Source: Prorocentrum cordatum (lineage: Eukaryota). From it: a DNA stretch of 64,000 nt. The stretch covers positions 1 through 64,000 of the forward strand of contig CAUYUJ010000326.1 of NCBI GenBank assembly GCA_963575745.1. The letters run 5' to 3'. The position numbers were made by a program, and so were the translations under genes. Under the pieces are notes generated by a model. The model saw only the letters and a program-made list of their open reading frames with translations. It searched no databases and was not told the DNA's origin. Positions within the stretch are counted from its first letter, which is position 1, and each line of letters begins with the position of its first letter. Shown here piece after piece: positions 51,231 through 64,000 of this stretch.

Positions 51231-52337
51231 CTCTGCGGCTGGACGGCTAGTGCGGGGCACGAGAAACGGCAGCCGGGGGGGTAGCGGCAGCGGCGGGGGC
51301 AGCAGCCGGAGCAGGAGCAGCAAGACGCCTCGAGCCCCAGATGCGTTTGCTTTCCGTGGCCAAGCCCCCGCATGTTGGGCCTTCCAGGCAGAACAATGGC
51401 CCCCAGTGCCAAAAGCTTGGGAAGGGGGGGGGGGGTCCACGGAGGAGGACCTCCTCCTCCTCCTCCTCCTCCTCCTCCTACTCCTCCTCCTCCTCCTCCT
51501 CCTCCTCCTCCTCCTCCTCCTCCTCCTCCTCCTCCTCCTCCTCCTCCTCTCTCTCTCTTCCTCTCCCCCTCCCCCGAGGCGCCGCCCGCCACCTCCACCC
51601 CCAGCCCGGCCGAGTGCGGTGGCGGAAGTGCGCGGCATCGCAGCTGGATTTCGCCGCCTCAGGCTGCCGATGTCTGACAACAAAGTTGCAAGGCTGTAGT
51701 CAACGCCGGTCGGAAGAAGTAGGCAAACACATGAATTAGGAAGGCAGATCAAGTAGATCGGGTTAGGGCCCTCCCAGAGATCACGAAACGCAGCCAAGCA
51801 TATCGGTTCTTGAAGTAGGAAGGCGCCTGAATTAGATTGGGATCTGGGGGTCCAAAAAGACCCCACTTGCAACGACCGCGTGTAAAGGGGGGATGAGGAT
51901 GCGGAAGCGGGGACGCATCTATGCGACATGCTGCAGGGCCCAGGAGGGGGGGAAAGATGAGCCAGAGTTCGTGGATGCATGGGAAAAAATGTTGACGGCG
52001 ACGGTGATGGTGGTGGTGAGAATGGTCACCGTGGCTATGACGATGATGATGGTGAAGACGACGCGGACGCTGATGCTGATGCAGATGCCCAGGGCCTGAA
52101 GACGACCCCCGGAGGCCGAAAAAGGCGAACACAGAACCTCGAACCTCCTCCCCGCTCCTGGCGGCCAGAACCAATGCCGGGCCACCTCAGACCCCCAGCT
52201 GGCCCCACGAAGGAGGGAGGAGGGGGGAGCCTGGAGGAGTTAGAAGAGGAGGAGGAGGAAGGGAGGAGGGAGGAGGAGGAGGAGGAGGAGGAAGGACGGA
52301 AGAGGGAGGATGATGGAGCGGAAAAAGCCCCGCGGGC

Positions 52338-52391
52338 CTTGTCGTCGAAGCCGTACTTCGCCGCGGTGTACCTGTCCGCGCCGATGTACGC
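52338..52391 (-). CDS. Deaminase gene, mapped exon 3 (AYIGADRYTAAKYGFDDK)
   Basis: cag|G acceptor, AAG|GC donor, 54 nt; AA..GFDD motif. Confidence 0.88.
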
Positions 52392-54739
52392 CTGCTCGGC
52401 CGCGCCGTCCGCTCGCTCGACCGTCTCGGGTCCCCAGGCAGGTTCGCGTCGTGACGACTTCGGCGCTGGCTTCTGACACCAAGACGAAAACATCGAGACG
52501 CGAATTTTGCATTGGTTTGTGCCCCTCGGAGCCCTTACTGGGCCTCAGGACCGTCAAAAAACGACTCGGGATGGACAGCTGGTCCTGGGGAAGAGGTCGA
52601 GAGATCGGGGTGCCGCGTCTCGAAAAAAACGAAGCGCCAGATGTTCGGGTCCCCAGGAGGGCGTCCAAAAGGAGGGGAAAGCCCAAGAGGGGGCTTGGCA
52701 CATCATGGCTGACGGCACGTGAGCGACGGAAAGAGACAGGTCTTTCACGACAGAGGACACCGCGAACTTACGCCGCGGCTTACGCGGGCCGCTAGCGTGG
52801 CACGCCGCGTCCAGAAGATGGCGCTTTACGGGCGAATGTCCACGCAGTCGACCCCGTTCTCTTCCGCCGCCCACGTGGATCGCTCAACCTTAAACGATCG
52901 AGGCTCTCCGAAAGCGCCGATCGTTCAATGTTGCACAAACGGCCGACCGTGGCGTTCCCCCGGGAACGCCTCCGGTGCTACGCCACTAAAACATATAGTA
53001 TGCACAGACACCCTCCGACGAATTCGCATGTACCTTCGGGGAGAGGAGGGTGTACAGAGTGGCTGGCTCCCAGCGGTGATTCATACACCCTCATACGCCG
53101 CCACCCTCCCCCGAGGCCCAGGAACAGGCCGGTGGAGGCTGCCTGCGCCTCCGTCTTTTGGGATGGCGGAGGCGCGGTCCTCGCCGAATGGACACGACAC
53201 GAGCCCACCACGGGAGGCCAGGGATCGGCCGGCATCGGACCCGCGAAGTCGCATCGGAGCGGCACGTGCGCCGGATCGGTCTGCCGCGGCGCCGGGGCCT
53301 TGCGGTGGCCGCGCGGCCCGTCGCGGGCGGGCCCGCCCTCTCGCTGGCGCCCCCCGCGGGCAGAGCGGCGCCCCGCAGCGCCCGCGGCGGGCCCGCGACG
53401 CCACTCCGCCGAGGCGCAGAAGCCGAGCGCAGCACGCTGAGGGGCAGCCCTCGGGGGCAGCGACCAATCCGCATCGAGATCGAGAGATCGGATCGGAGAG
53501 GAACGGGTCGGACTCGCCTGCGTCCGGGGAAACCAACAGGTACCGATATACCGCCACTCCCCGGACCTCTCCCGGGGTGCGTTCTGATCCCAGACTTTCG
53601 AGGCGAACCCAGCGGTGGCGCCGAGGACCTCCCAGGAGGCCCAGCAAGGGGAAAACGAGGGCAGGGCGGAGGTAGGGGTGCTGCTGCCTTCTCTGAGCAT
53701 CGGCATGGAGTCGAGATCGGATCGGGTCGGCCGCGCCAGGATTGCGCAACGCCCCCGATGCCCGCGCCTCGGGCCGCATCGGATCGTCGGAGTATGACCC
53801 TCACGAGCAGGAGCCGCTCCGACATCACCAGCGCACAAATATAGCATTCATTCGCTTCGCCGGCCCTACGGGACAAAAGGGTGAGGTTACGGCATTCCTC
53901 CTCCTCCTCCTCCTCCTCCTCCTCCTCCTCCTTTCTCCTCCCCCCCTTCAGCTCCGCCCCCAGAGGTCTCGACCCATTCCCCGGGACTGGAATAAAGGCT
54001 TACGGTATTTCTTCTTCGCGCGCGCGGGGCGGCCCCTGGTGGTCCCAAGGCGAAAGGTACCCCAGCCTACTCCCGTCATGGATGCCAAAGCTCCCCAAGG
54101 GCAAGGAAACTGCAGGAGGGCCCAAGAGCCAGGAGAAATGGGTGAGAGGCCCCAAGATGGCCCGCAGACAGTTCCTATGATGCCACAAACTAACCCCAAG
54201 ATGGGTCCCAGACAGCCCCAAGAGAGCCCCCAGAGGTTCAATGTGATTCATGTCCCTCAGGTCTTGTAAAGATTTTGAAGTCAGTCACCGCCTTTTCGAG
54301 CGTCCGATTGACGCAGACGGCCCAAGAGGCCTCGGAATCCCACTCCCACTGCACCGCAGACTCCTGAAAGGCACTATCAGGTGCGGCGACTTGACGATGG
54401 CCAAAGAGGGCTTCTTGGCTGGGAGCCCTTGTGGACCCTTGAGTCCCAGACGACACTGGTCGAACACGACCGCGCGCACCTGGGGGGTGCTGTGATATCT
54501 GATGTGAGACAAGTACGGCCTGGCTGTTTGACGAAGAAGTATCGCCCAAGCCTGAATCTGGGTGATCGCCACCTGACCGCAGCAGATGATGTTGGGAGAG
54601 TCCTCCTCGTAGCGTGCTCTCCAAGTCTCCAGGAGGCCCCCAAGAGGCCCGAAGATACCCCTAAGAGCCTAGAGGCCTATGACCCACAGCCCAGGCACGG
54701 TGGCGGGATGGGCCGAAGGCCATTATATATACATATAGC

Positions 54740-54780
<41 letters not shown>

Positions 54781-57424
54781 GTATATATGTGTATGTATAT
54801 ATATATAGATTGTTGTTAATCCGCCCCATCCGGTGCCCTTTGTGGTTCTCACTTGAAGTGCCCCTCCCGGGGCTCGCCCCCTGATTTTTACAAAGAATTG
54901 GAACCCTGAATCTGTCATTTGCCCCCAGATTACCCGAAAAACGGCTACCACCATTTGCTCCCTCACAATGTTTTCTTTTTTATATAGAAAACACCCCACA
55001 CACAAAAAAAAAAAAAAAACACTCTCGCACGGGACCTCCTCACGATTTGTCCAGGAATCGCGTTCTCGCGTGGGACTTCCTCGCAATTGATTGAAACGAC
55101 GCGCCCTCGACTCTCAGGAATTAGGCTCTCGGCCTGGACCTCCTGACGATTTGCTTGGAAATCGCGCTGTCGCTCGAGACTTCTTCGCGATGCATGCAAG
55201 ACTTACGCTTCAGCTACCCGCGTGCTCGTCCTGGCCGTCTGGGACCGCCCGCCCGACCCGCTCGTAAGGGTCCGCCCAGCCGACCCGCCCGCCTGGTTCT
55301 GCCGCTTGTTTTCCTGCTCATAAAACCCTCCTCCCCCTTTATCCCTTCCCTCCATCCTCCCTTCCACTGTTTGAGGGGCTGCGCCAACTACACGTGACAG
55401 GTAAGGAATTGTGCCCTCGGGGGCACGATCGAAGATGAAGAGGGCGGCTATCGAGGGTTTGGGATTTACATGTGGAATTCACGAGAGCAGATAAGAGCGA
55501 ACAGCTTTACATTGATTGTTGTTGCTGCTGTCGTCGTCCACCCCGCGAGCCCCCCCGCGAGCCCCCCAACGAGCACCCCCCCGAGCAACCCGCGACCCAC
55601 CCAACCGCGACCCAACCGTGACCCACCCACGACCCATCTACGTTGCTTCAGGCGGGTTCGTAGAGTGATGTGGTTAAACAGTCGGCGCCTGCGGCGGGCT
55701 TCTTCAGAGCCTCGCAGACTGCTGACGACCCCGCCGCCCCCTTACTCTTATGGGCGACTGCGGGGGTTATGGCATTGTGACAAAATCGAAGATGGAAGGA
55801 TTGAAGCATGTAGAAAGTCAAAGAGTCCATCGGCGATTAGCGTTGCGAGCATGATAGGGAGATTGAAATGCTACAGTGTTCCAGTAGGGCAATGAGTGCG
55901 CGAATATCGCACATGGGCCGCACAGACCGCTACATCAACATAAACGTGATACAGAAAATGCATGGTTCCATCGCCGCCCCCAACCCACCACATTGTTTTC
56001 ATAAAAACCGGAAACAACAAAAGCATGATAGTGGAGACCCATGCCAAGAACACCCTGCTTACCTCCAGGGTGCCCTGGGTTTCTTCGGTTTCGATGGTTT
56101 TGCCATGGACAGCGTGACGTTCCAACACCAAAAACCAATGGACGTCCTGGGGTCTCAGGGATGGGTTTCTTGTGGTCGACCTCCCACTGTAATCTGAACC
56201 TAGCAATATCGGGGATCTTCTGACCCTGGTCAATCCAGACCCGGGTAAGTCAAGCCTTGCAAACCCGCAAGATCCTGCAAGATCCTGCACCCAAGCCTGG
56301 GTCAATGCGAAGGATCCTGCAAGATCCTGCGGGACCTTGCACGCAAACCCAGGTCAGTGCGACCCTGGCCCTGCAGGATCCTGCAAGATCGGGCGCTCCG
56401 GCTGACCCCCGTGTGCAGTGGCCCCCGACTCAAGGCTCCCGAAAAATATCAGAATCATCCCGGCGCCGCCTTGAAAAAATTCTGGCCAGAGATCAGCCCA
56501 GCAGACCCGTGGCGTCGCTCATCGTCACCGACCCGCCGCGCGAAGGCCCGGCTCGCGCGGGCCACGGGAGGAGGAGGGAGGGAGGAGGAGCAGAACGAGG
56601 GGCGGAGAAGGAGGGGGGAGAGGGACGAAGCAGGGAGGAGGAAGGAGGAACGAGGAGGAAGGAGGAAGAGGAGAAAGGAGGGAGGAGGACGGAGGAACGA
56701 GGAGGAATGAGGGAGGAGCGGAACGAGGGGCTGAGGGGGAGGGGGGAGAGGGACGAGGAGAGGGACGAAGAAGGGACGAGGAGGGGGACAAGGAGGAACA
56801 GAGCGAGCTGGAGGGTCCTCATCCTCGGTCCCGTCTGGAAGCACTTGAGACCCTTGAAGACAGCCGACAACTACGATAAACCTGCGAAGACCTTCCCCTT
56901 CTTCTATCTCCTCTCCTCCTCCTCCTCCTCCTCCTCCTCCTCCTCCTCCTCCTCCTCCTCCTCCTCCTCCTCCTCCTCTCCTTCCTCCTCCTCCTCCTTC
57001 TCCTCCTCCTCCTTCTCCTCCTCCTCCTCCTACTACTACTACTCCTCATCCTCCTTCCTCCTTGCTCCTTCCTCCTTCCTCCTTCCTCCTTGCTCCTTCC
57101 TCCTTCCTCAATCCTGCGAGATCCTGCACGCAAGCCCGGGTCGAATGCACCCCGGGCTCCGCAGGATCCTGCAAAAACCCAGCGCTCTGGCTGTTCCCCG
57201 TTTACTTCGACCCCCGTTTCAAGGCTCCCGATTGGGGAGAGCAAAATGTACCTTTTCCGCTACTCCCAGACCTTTCCCCTGGTGCGTTCTGACCAGAACT
57301 TCGAAGCGAATCCAACGGTGGCGACGAGGGCCTCCAAGGAGGCCCAAGAAGGGGAAAACGGTGAAGGGTAGAGGTATGGGTACCTTTTGCTCCTCTGAGG
57401 AGACGCGCCGGCGGGAGGCCCCGC

Positions 57425-57532
57425 CTTGTTGAGGCGCGACCATTGCACGGCGCCCCAGCACATGGGGCAGGGCTCGCAGGTGGTGTACAGGTCGCAGTCG
57501 GAGAGGTCGTGCGTGCCCATGGCCCGACAGGC
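57425..57532 (-). CDS. Deaminase gene, mapped exon 2 (ACRAMGTHDLSDCDLYTTCEPCPMCWGAVQWSRLNK)
   Basis: LYTTCEPCPMC zinc-binding motif; cag|G acceptor, AAG|GC donor, 108 nt. Confidence 0.93.
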
Positions 57533-57831
57533 CTGCGAGTTGCGGGGTGGGGTCCTCAAGAAAATTCACGACCGTGTGTATATGTATATATTAGAAATAT
57601 AAAGTGTGCATGCATAAACATGTGACACATACATATACATACATAGATATGTAACTACACACATAGACGGGCATACTATACATATCTATATATATACATA
57701 TATAGACAGGGAAACTAAGCGAGAGAGTGAGAGAGAGAGAGAAAGACAGGCATAAGCATGGATCTATACGAATGCATATACACAGGCATACGTATACATC
57801 GAACACACAGGAAAAAACTATAACAGATTGC

Positions 57832-58490
57832 CCTGGCGAAAGACCCAACCATGTGCAATTGTGAATGCAGCTTTGTGGTTACCGCTTTCGGTGGGGCTCC
57901 CTATGGGCCACGAAACGCGCGAGAGGTGTGCCGTGATGGTGCCGGGTGCGGAGCGCATGCGAACTGTGCGATTGGGGCCTCTTAGATAGGGTTCCTTCTG
58001 GGGCCACGAAACGTGTGATGGTTGCACCGAAATGGGCGCGAGGTCCGCATACGAACGTCGCAAATGAAGCCTTCGGTGCACGCGGCCACGGCCACTGGGG
58101 CCTTCGGTGGAACTCCCTATGGGGCCACCAAGCGTTGTACTGGGCGGGAGGAAGCCATGCGGCCGCGGCCAGGCCTTGAATGGGGCCCCGTATGGGGCCA
58201 CGAAAGATGTACAGGGTGGGGGAGGCGCATGTGGACCCTCCCACCGGGGCCTTCGGTGGAACTTCTTCTGGGGGCACGAAACGTGTGAAGGGTGTGCCGA
58301 AAGGGGGCGGGGAGGCGCATCTGGACCCTGCCGTTGGAGCCTGCGATGGAGCTCCCTATGGGAGCACAAAACGTGAGAGGGCGTGCGCCGAAATTGGGCG
58401 GGCTGACGCATGTGGACGGGCCATGAGTGGATCTCCTCTTGGGAGGCCACGAAACGTGTGAGGGGTGTGCCGAAGTGGGGCGGCGAAGAT
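57832..58490 (-). mobile_element. Inverted, diverged 3' part of Helentron-like family 1
   Basis: cctggcgaaagacccaaccat is the reverse complement of the 35075-35095 terminus, followed by diverged satellite units. Confidence 0.7.
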
Positions 58491-59369
58491 CCGCGCGAGA
58501 GTGGTCCCGGTGGTCCCGGCGGGGACGGGGGGCGCCCGCGGGGGCCCCCTCGGGGAGGTCCCGCCTGCCGGGTCGGCGGCAACGGCCGCAAGGCCTTCAC
58601 AGTTGACGATTGGGGCACCTTTGGCCCCTTGGGGGCCCAGGAGAGCCTCAGGACGGCCCAGGATGGCCTCGCGACGGCCAGGACGGCCCCAAGACGGCCC
58701 GAGCTAGCCCACCAAAAAGGGTCCAACAGGGCCCCAAGACGGCCTCAGAGAGCCCCGAGGGGGCCCCCAAGAGCACCTCCAGATGACACAACAATGAATC
58801 TTCATGCGAGTTTAAACTCATTTTCACGTTCTCGCCTTCTTCGACTCTCGGGGACCCATGACGGCCCAAGCAGCCTCCAAGATGGTCCAAGACGGCCACA
58901 GAGGTCCCCAAGAGGGCCCAAGAGGGCACCAAAATGGCCCAGAGAGGCCCCCAAGACGGCTCAGGAGACCCCAAGACAACCCAAGACGACCCCAAGAGAG
59001 CCGCAATGCGGCCCCGATAGGCCCTCAAGGCGGCCTCCGAAAGGACCTGACGGCGCAAGAGCGCCACAAGGCGGCCCACGAGGCCACCAAGAGGCCCCAA
59101 GAGGCCACAAGAGTTCCCCAAGAGGCCCCCAGGGGCTCCCAAGAAGCCCCCCAGAGGCTCCCAAGAAGCCCCCGAACGGCCCCAGGAAACCACCACGAGG
59201 CCCGCGGAATTGTATACGAATGGCACGTTGCTGCGTCTTGTTACTATTCGTACTATTCTTAGTTGTCTGCATATCATTATGCGTATGGTCAGTATTGGTA
59301 TTAGTCTTACTCGTAAGTATAACTTACCGTAGAACTGTTAGTATTGATATCATGCGTCTTATTAGTATC

Positions 59370-59479
59370 CTCTTCGTCATCACCAGCAGCAGCATCAGCA
59401 TCAACATCACCATCATCCTCATCATCATCAGCATCAGCAGCAGCATCAACATCAACATCATCATCATCAGCATCATCAG

Positions 59480-59548
<69 letters not shown>

Positions 59549-60150
59549 TATATCATCATCATCAGCATCATCATCAGCATCAGCATCATCATCGTCAGCA
59601 GCTGCAGCAGCAGCAGCATCAGCATCATCAGCATCATCAGCAGCATCATCATCAGCGGCATCATCACCACTACCATCACCATCGTCACTATCAGCATCAG
59701 TATCATCTCATAACCACCACCACCACAAACATCCTCATCATCAGCGACATCGACATCAACATCGCCACCATCTTCAGCAGCTGCACCAATGCCATCACTA
59801 CCGTCATCGTCATCATCAGCATCATCGTCGACACCACAATTAGCAGCAACATTGCCACCATCGTCAGAATCATCACCGTCGCCGCCGCCACAACCATCAT
59901 CACCCACCACCGTCCACATCGACACCTCCATTACCATCCTCACAATCATCATCACCACCACCACCATCATCATCATCACCACCACCACTGCCACCGTCAC
60001 TATCATCGTAGTAATCGTCCATTGTCAAAGTCGTCGTCGGCATTATCGTCTACATCACTGGCATCGTCATTATAGCCAGGATCATCAGCATTCACCACCA
60101 CCACCCCATCATCCTCATCATCAGCAGCTCAATCATCCTCGTCATCGCCA
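59370..60150. repeat. (CAT/CAG/CAC)n microsatellite (similar tracts at 28370-28680 and 42975-43345)
   Basis: Directly visible. Confidence 0.95.
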
Positions 60151-60228
60151 GATGTCGATATAATGCCTGTCGCAAGGACAATCTGAAATCAATTCCCATT
60201 TGGATTTCCTAGCTACGGGAAGGGCGGC

Positions 60229-60298
60229 CTGCGAAATCGCGTTCATCTCGGCGTGGCAGCACGGATCGCACCTGTGCAGCACCATGTTGTGGGCGCAC
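60229..60298 (-). CDS. Guanine/guanosine-deaminase-like (CDA fold) gene, mapped exon 1 (CAHNMVLHRCDPCCHAEMNAISQ)
   Basis: HN.V...DP..HAE.NAI catalytic motif; ag|G acceptor, CAG|GC donor; in frame with the next exon. Confidence 0.92.
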
Positions 60299-60339
60299 CT
60301 CGGGCGAAGAGGGGGACGACGACGAGGAGAGGAAGGACA

Positions 60340-63300
60340 GAGGGAGAATAAGAGGAATCCGGCACCATCTGAGGAAGCGGTCGCATTCCAACATGCATCA
60401 AAACAAAGGCGGCACATCGGCATCAAAGAAGTAGCCACCTGGAGCCAAGGACGCCCTACAGGCTGGGGTTTAAACTCAGACGAATTCGGAAGGAAACGCC
60501 TTCCCCCCCTCCACGCAAGCCTCCAGCTGTTGCACCCACAGTGGCCGCGTGACCACGCATCTGCTGACGAGGTGTTCGGAGCTCTAGAAACGGCGCTGCG
60601 AGCTGCAGGAGAGCAGGTCTTTTCTGAGGAGCCGACCGCCGACCCAGAGTGCCAGGTGCATTCGAAGTGGCACCGCATGCTCTGAAGGAAAGAGCTGAAC
60701 TACGCGGTACCAAGTTGTTTGCCCCCCGCTGGGAGCATCGAGCATATCGATCAGCAGATCCGAGAGATCTCCACGAGGCGTTGCAAGTTGAGGAGACAAG
60801 CTACGAGGAGGAGGAGGGCTAGGCTGACGGAGGAGTCTACGGATCACCAGAAGTCTCGACGTGACGCCGAAGCTATGTCCACAGCACGCCGAGCCGCCTC
60901 GCGCGGGCATGGACCGAAGCAACGAGATGGCAGGCCCGAGCGCGCGCATGCCCTCTGCATCGGTCTGGCTAGCTACGCGGGAAAAGAAGGGAAAAGACGG
61001 GGGCGTGAGCTGCACGGAACTTGTCTGGGAACGGTGGCGGGAGGAGCACGATGATGACTACGCCTTTGTCGACAATGAGGAGGCCACCGACCTTGTCGAG
61101 GAAGATATCTGACAGATGCGTAGGCACGCAAGCTCGGCCCCAAAAGAGACTGCACCAAGTTTTCGCGCGCCTCGCGAGCCCTGGCACATGGTCATGTACC
61201 CCAATTGGGAGAGAGCGTGATCCACCGCCGCTTTACTCTGGAAACTTGCCCCCCTCTTCTTCCGGAACCCGGAGGTCCCCCCCCCCCACCCTGCTGGACC
61301 CTCCCCCGGCAAACCCCTCCCCCTCCCCTAACCCCTCCCCGCCCCTCCCCCCTTCCCCCTCGAAAACCGGGGGGGGTCACTACCGGTTCGACCCCCCCAC
61401 CCCCCCCTTTCGAAAACCAGAGGGGGGGTCACTACCGGTTCGAACCCCTCCCACCCCCCCCAGTCACCGCCAGCAAACGACTCCTGGTCCCTACCACCGT
61501 CCGCGCCACATCCCCCACTGTTGTTCCCAGCACCACTGTCCTCACCACCACTGTCCCCACTGGTTCCACCACCGTCCCTACTGTCCCCACCAGTGCCCCC
61601 ACCACTGTCGCACTGTCCCCACTGTCCCCACCACTGTTCCCACCACGGTTCCACTCTCCCCACTTTCTCCACGGCCCCAACCACTGCCCGACTATCCCCA
61701 CTGTCCCCACTGTCCCACTGACTCCTCCGCTGTCCCACTGAGCTGTCCCACTGTTCCCACCACTGTCCCCACTGTCCCCACCACTGTCCCCACTGTACCT
61801 CTGTCCCATTGTCCCACCGCCGTCCTCGCCACCGCCTTCACCTCTGTCCCCACCACCACTGTACCCTCTAATGTCCCACTGTTTCCACTTCCCACTGTCC
61901 CCGTCCCCACACCACTGTCCCCACCACCACCACCGTCCCCACCACTGTCCACTGTCCCCACTGTTTCCACCATTGTCCTCACCACTGTCCCCACCACTAC
62001 AATCCCCACCACTGTCCCACTGTCCCCACCACTGTCCCGCTGTCCCCTCACCACTGTCCCCACCACCACCGTCCCCACCACTGTCCGCACCCCCCCTCGA
62101 TTTTCGAGGGGGGGGGGTTCGAACCGGTAGTGACCCCCTCCCTTTTCATGATGAACTGGTGGGGGGGGGAGGGGTTCGAACCGGTAGTGACCGACCCCCC
62201 CCGGTTTTCCGGAGTGGGGGGGGGGAGGGGTTCGAACCGGTAGTGACCCCCCCGGTTTTCCGCCAGCAGCGGTAGAACACGCTCTTTCTCAATTGGCGAC
62301 GGACCCAGGTACAGGGCATTGGAGTTCTCGCAGGCCCCCGGCACGAAGGCATTCTGGTTTCTATTGAGCATTGGTTTGCATAAGATGCGTACATACAGCA
62401 TGGTACTTACGCACTGGAACTGCAGCCTTGGGCCCCCCCTACACAAGAGCCACAAGCGCGGCCCAATGGGCAAAAGAGTGGTTCATATCGCAACTTTATG
62501 TATGCGCCAGGACGCGCTGACTATGGATTCGTCCGGGAAGGACGAGGGAGGAAGACGGCCATCCTGGCATCAAATGTGCTTTCACACCAGCTACGTCGGG
62601 CTCGCAGGACCCACGCTCTGTGTTTCAAGGATATGAGTAATGCGCTCGCCAACGGCAAGTGGCCGCTCATTGACGCTGCTGCGCACAAATATGCACCACC
62701 CGATGATCGGAGCCATTGCCGTCGTCGATATCGCGAGGCAGTGGTGGCTCGACTTGCTGGGGAGGGTGGGAGACTTACTCCGAAGCCTCGGCAGGGAGGG
62801 CTCATGGGGGTCCCGCTCATCGTGCAGGCTTTCAACGGGACATTCCAGCCAACTTTGGCTGAGCGGCACAGCGATGCACTGAATTCTGACTCGTGCAACC
62901 ACGAGTTGATTGCGAGATGGGCAGGGTCGAACATCCGTTTGAGCTACTTAAGTATGCTGGTGACATACACAAGTTCGTTCTGGCAGACTTCGACTCTATC
63001 CTATCACAGTTCAAGCAGAAGATGAAGCAGCAGGGTTCATATTTAAATGCTAGACTGGGGCCCTGTGGGCTCGGCCAGAACATGTCCAAGCAGGAGCACA
63101 TGATGCTCTTCGGTGAGCGCAGTACGCATCTTAAGCAGACCTTACAGAAAGGAGTGGACCACGAGGGCTCAATACGGGAACAAGTTCGCTACCTGGGTCC
63201 CCACATGGTTCTTCAAGACAGAGCTAACCATGAGATCGATCGACGTATTGCCCATTCCTGGGCATCGTTTCGTTCGACGGGGTCGGTCTGACAACTAGAG

Positions 63301-63900
63301 CTCCCGTGGAAATTCAAACGTTTATTACTGCAGGATTTCGCCTACAATGCACTTCTCAGCGACCTGGAGGCCTTTACCTTATCTGAACGAGATTATGCGC
63401 GGCTGAAAGCGGCACTGGCACGTTTCTGCAGGATTGCGATGGCTGGCAAGGCCACGGACTGGAGCGGAGTTCACCCACACATGATGACGAACAGCTCCTG
63501 ATTGGTGCATTGGAAACTGCCTCGCTCTTCTCTCGAGCTTCGGATACGTCAAGTTCGCCTCGTCCAGAGTTGGGCCAGAAGGCCCACCCACCACCTCCAG
63601 ATCCTCGGGGCCCTCTTCGGTTCGCTACCCTTCGAGCAGGAGGGACCCCTTCTTCCTCCTGGAGACCTCGGCCCGCACGCGTGCCCCTTGGCACACCAGA
63701 TACAAGAAGACCTTCTTTGTATGTCCAACGTCTTGGGTGAAGAAGTGTTTGCTACGGTGGCTCGGGATGTCAGATCGCTCACGGATGAAGCGACAGCCTC
63801 TTTTTTTGTTTCTGTGGATGCCTCTGCTGAGATCGAGGCAGTACACCGTCAACATCCCTCCTCCCGAGCATGCTCCACCTGCGCCACATGAGCCAGGGGT
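60340..63900 (+). pseudogene. Decayed non-LTR retrotransposon RT region
   Basis: YGFVR, FKDMSNA, RQGGLMG, KYAGD (YADD-like), QNMSK, RYLG and EIDRRI in the correct order; several frameshifts and stops. Confidence 0.8.
61208..62289. mobile_element. TIR element (family B), 6-bp TSD CAATTG, core of CCACTGTCC repeats
   Basis: ggagagagcgtgatccaccgccgct versus reverse complement agaaagagcgtgttctaccgctgct; caattg at 61202-61207 and 62290-62295; inverted gtcactaccggttcga subterminal repeats. Confidence 0.88.
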
Positions 63901-64000
63901 TGTGGAGGAAACCCAGAGTGCCAACCATCAATGGAGGCGATGGCTACCCCAGGAGGAAAACGGAAACGCGATGTGCGACGCTTGTTTCGGGACGCGTCGA

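Noticed and set aside
54340..56200. Non-repetitive patches with short ORFs (54381-54776, 55871-56305)
   Set aside because: No recognisable motifs, codon bias or splice context

Overview
This is GC-rich, repeat-saturated eukaryotic DNA. Relics of the dinoflagellate spliced leader (DinoSL, DCCGTAGCCATTTTGGCTCAAG) and GC/GA intron donors point to a dinoflagellate; a Prorocentrum-like source is my inference. Most of the window lies inside the introns of one minus-strand gene encoding a CDA-fold guanine/guanosine-deaminase-like protein (HAE...PCPMC). I can join six of its exons between 60298 and 11791, and it probably continues past both window ends. Nested in or just beyond the mapped introns are: (i) a 6.26-kb full-length LINE (ORF1; APE-RT-RNase H) with a tandem SL at its 5' end, a poly(A) and a 16-bp TSD in a (GGA)n microsatellite; (ii) other SL-headed retroposed sequences, namely two copies of a ~1-kb non-autonomous family, a decayed LINE 5' end and an intact intronless 455-aa membrane-protein ORF; (iii) Helentron/DINE-1-like elements carrying 77/89-bp satellite arrays, one running into a PIF1 helicase fragment; (iv) MITE families with 6-bp TSDs; (v) decayed RT fragments, minisatellites and microsatellites. 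Most ORFs in the supplied track are repeat artefacts. All alignments were done by eye and no database searches were run.
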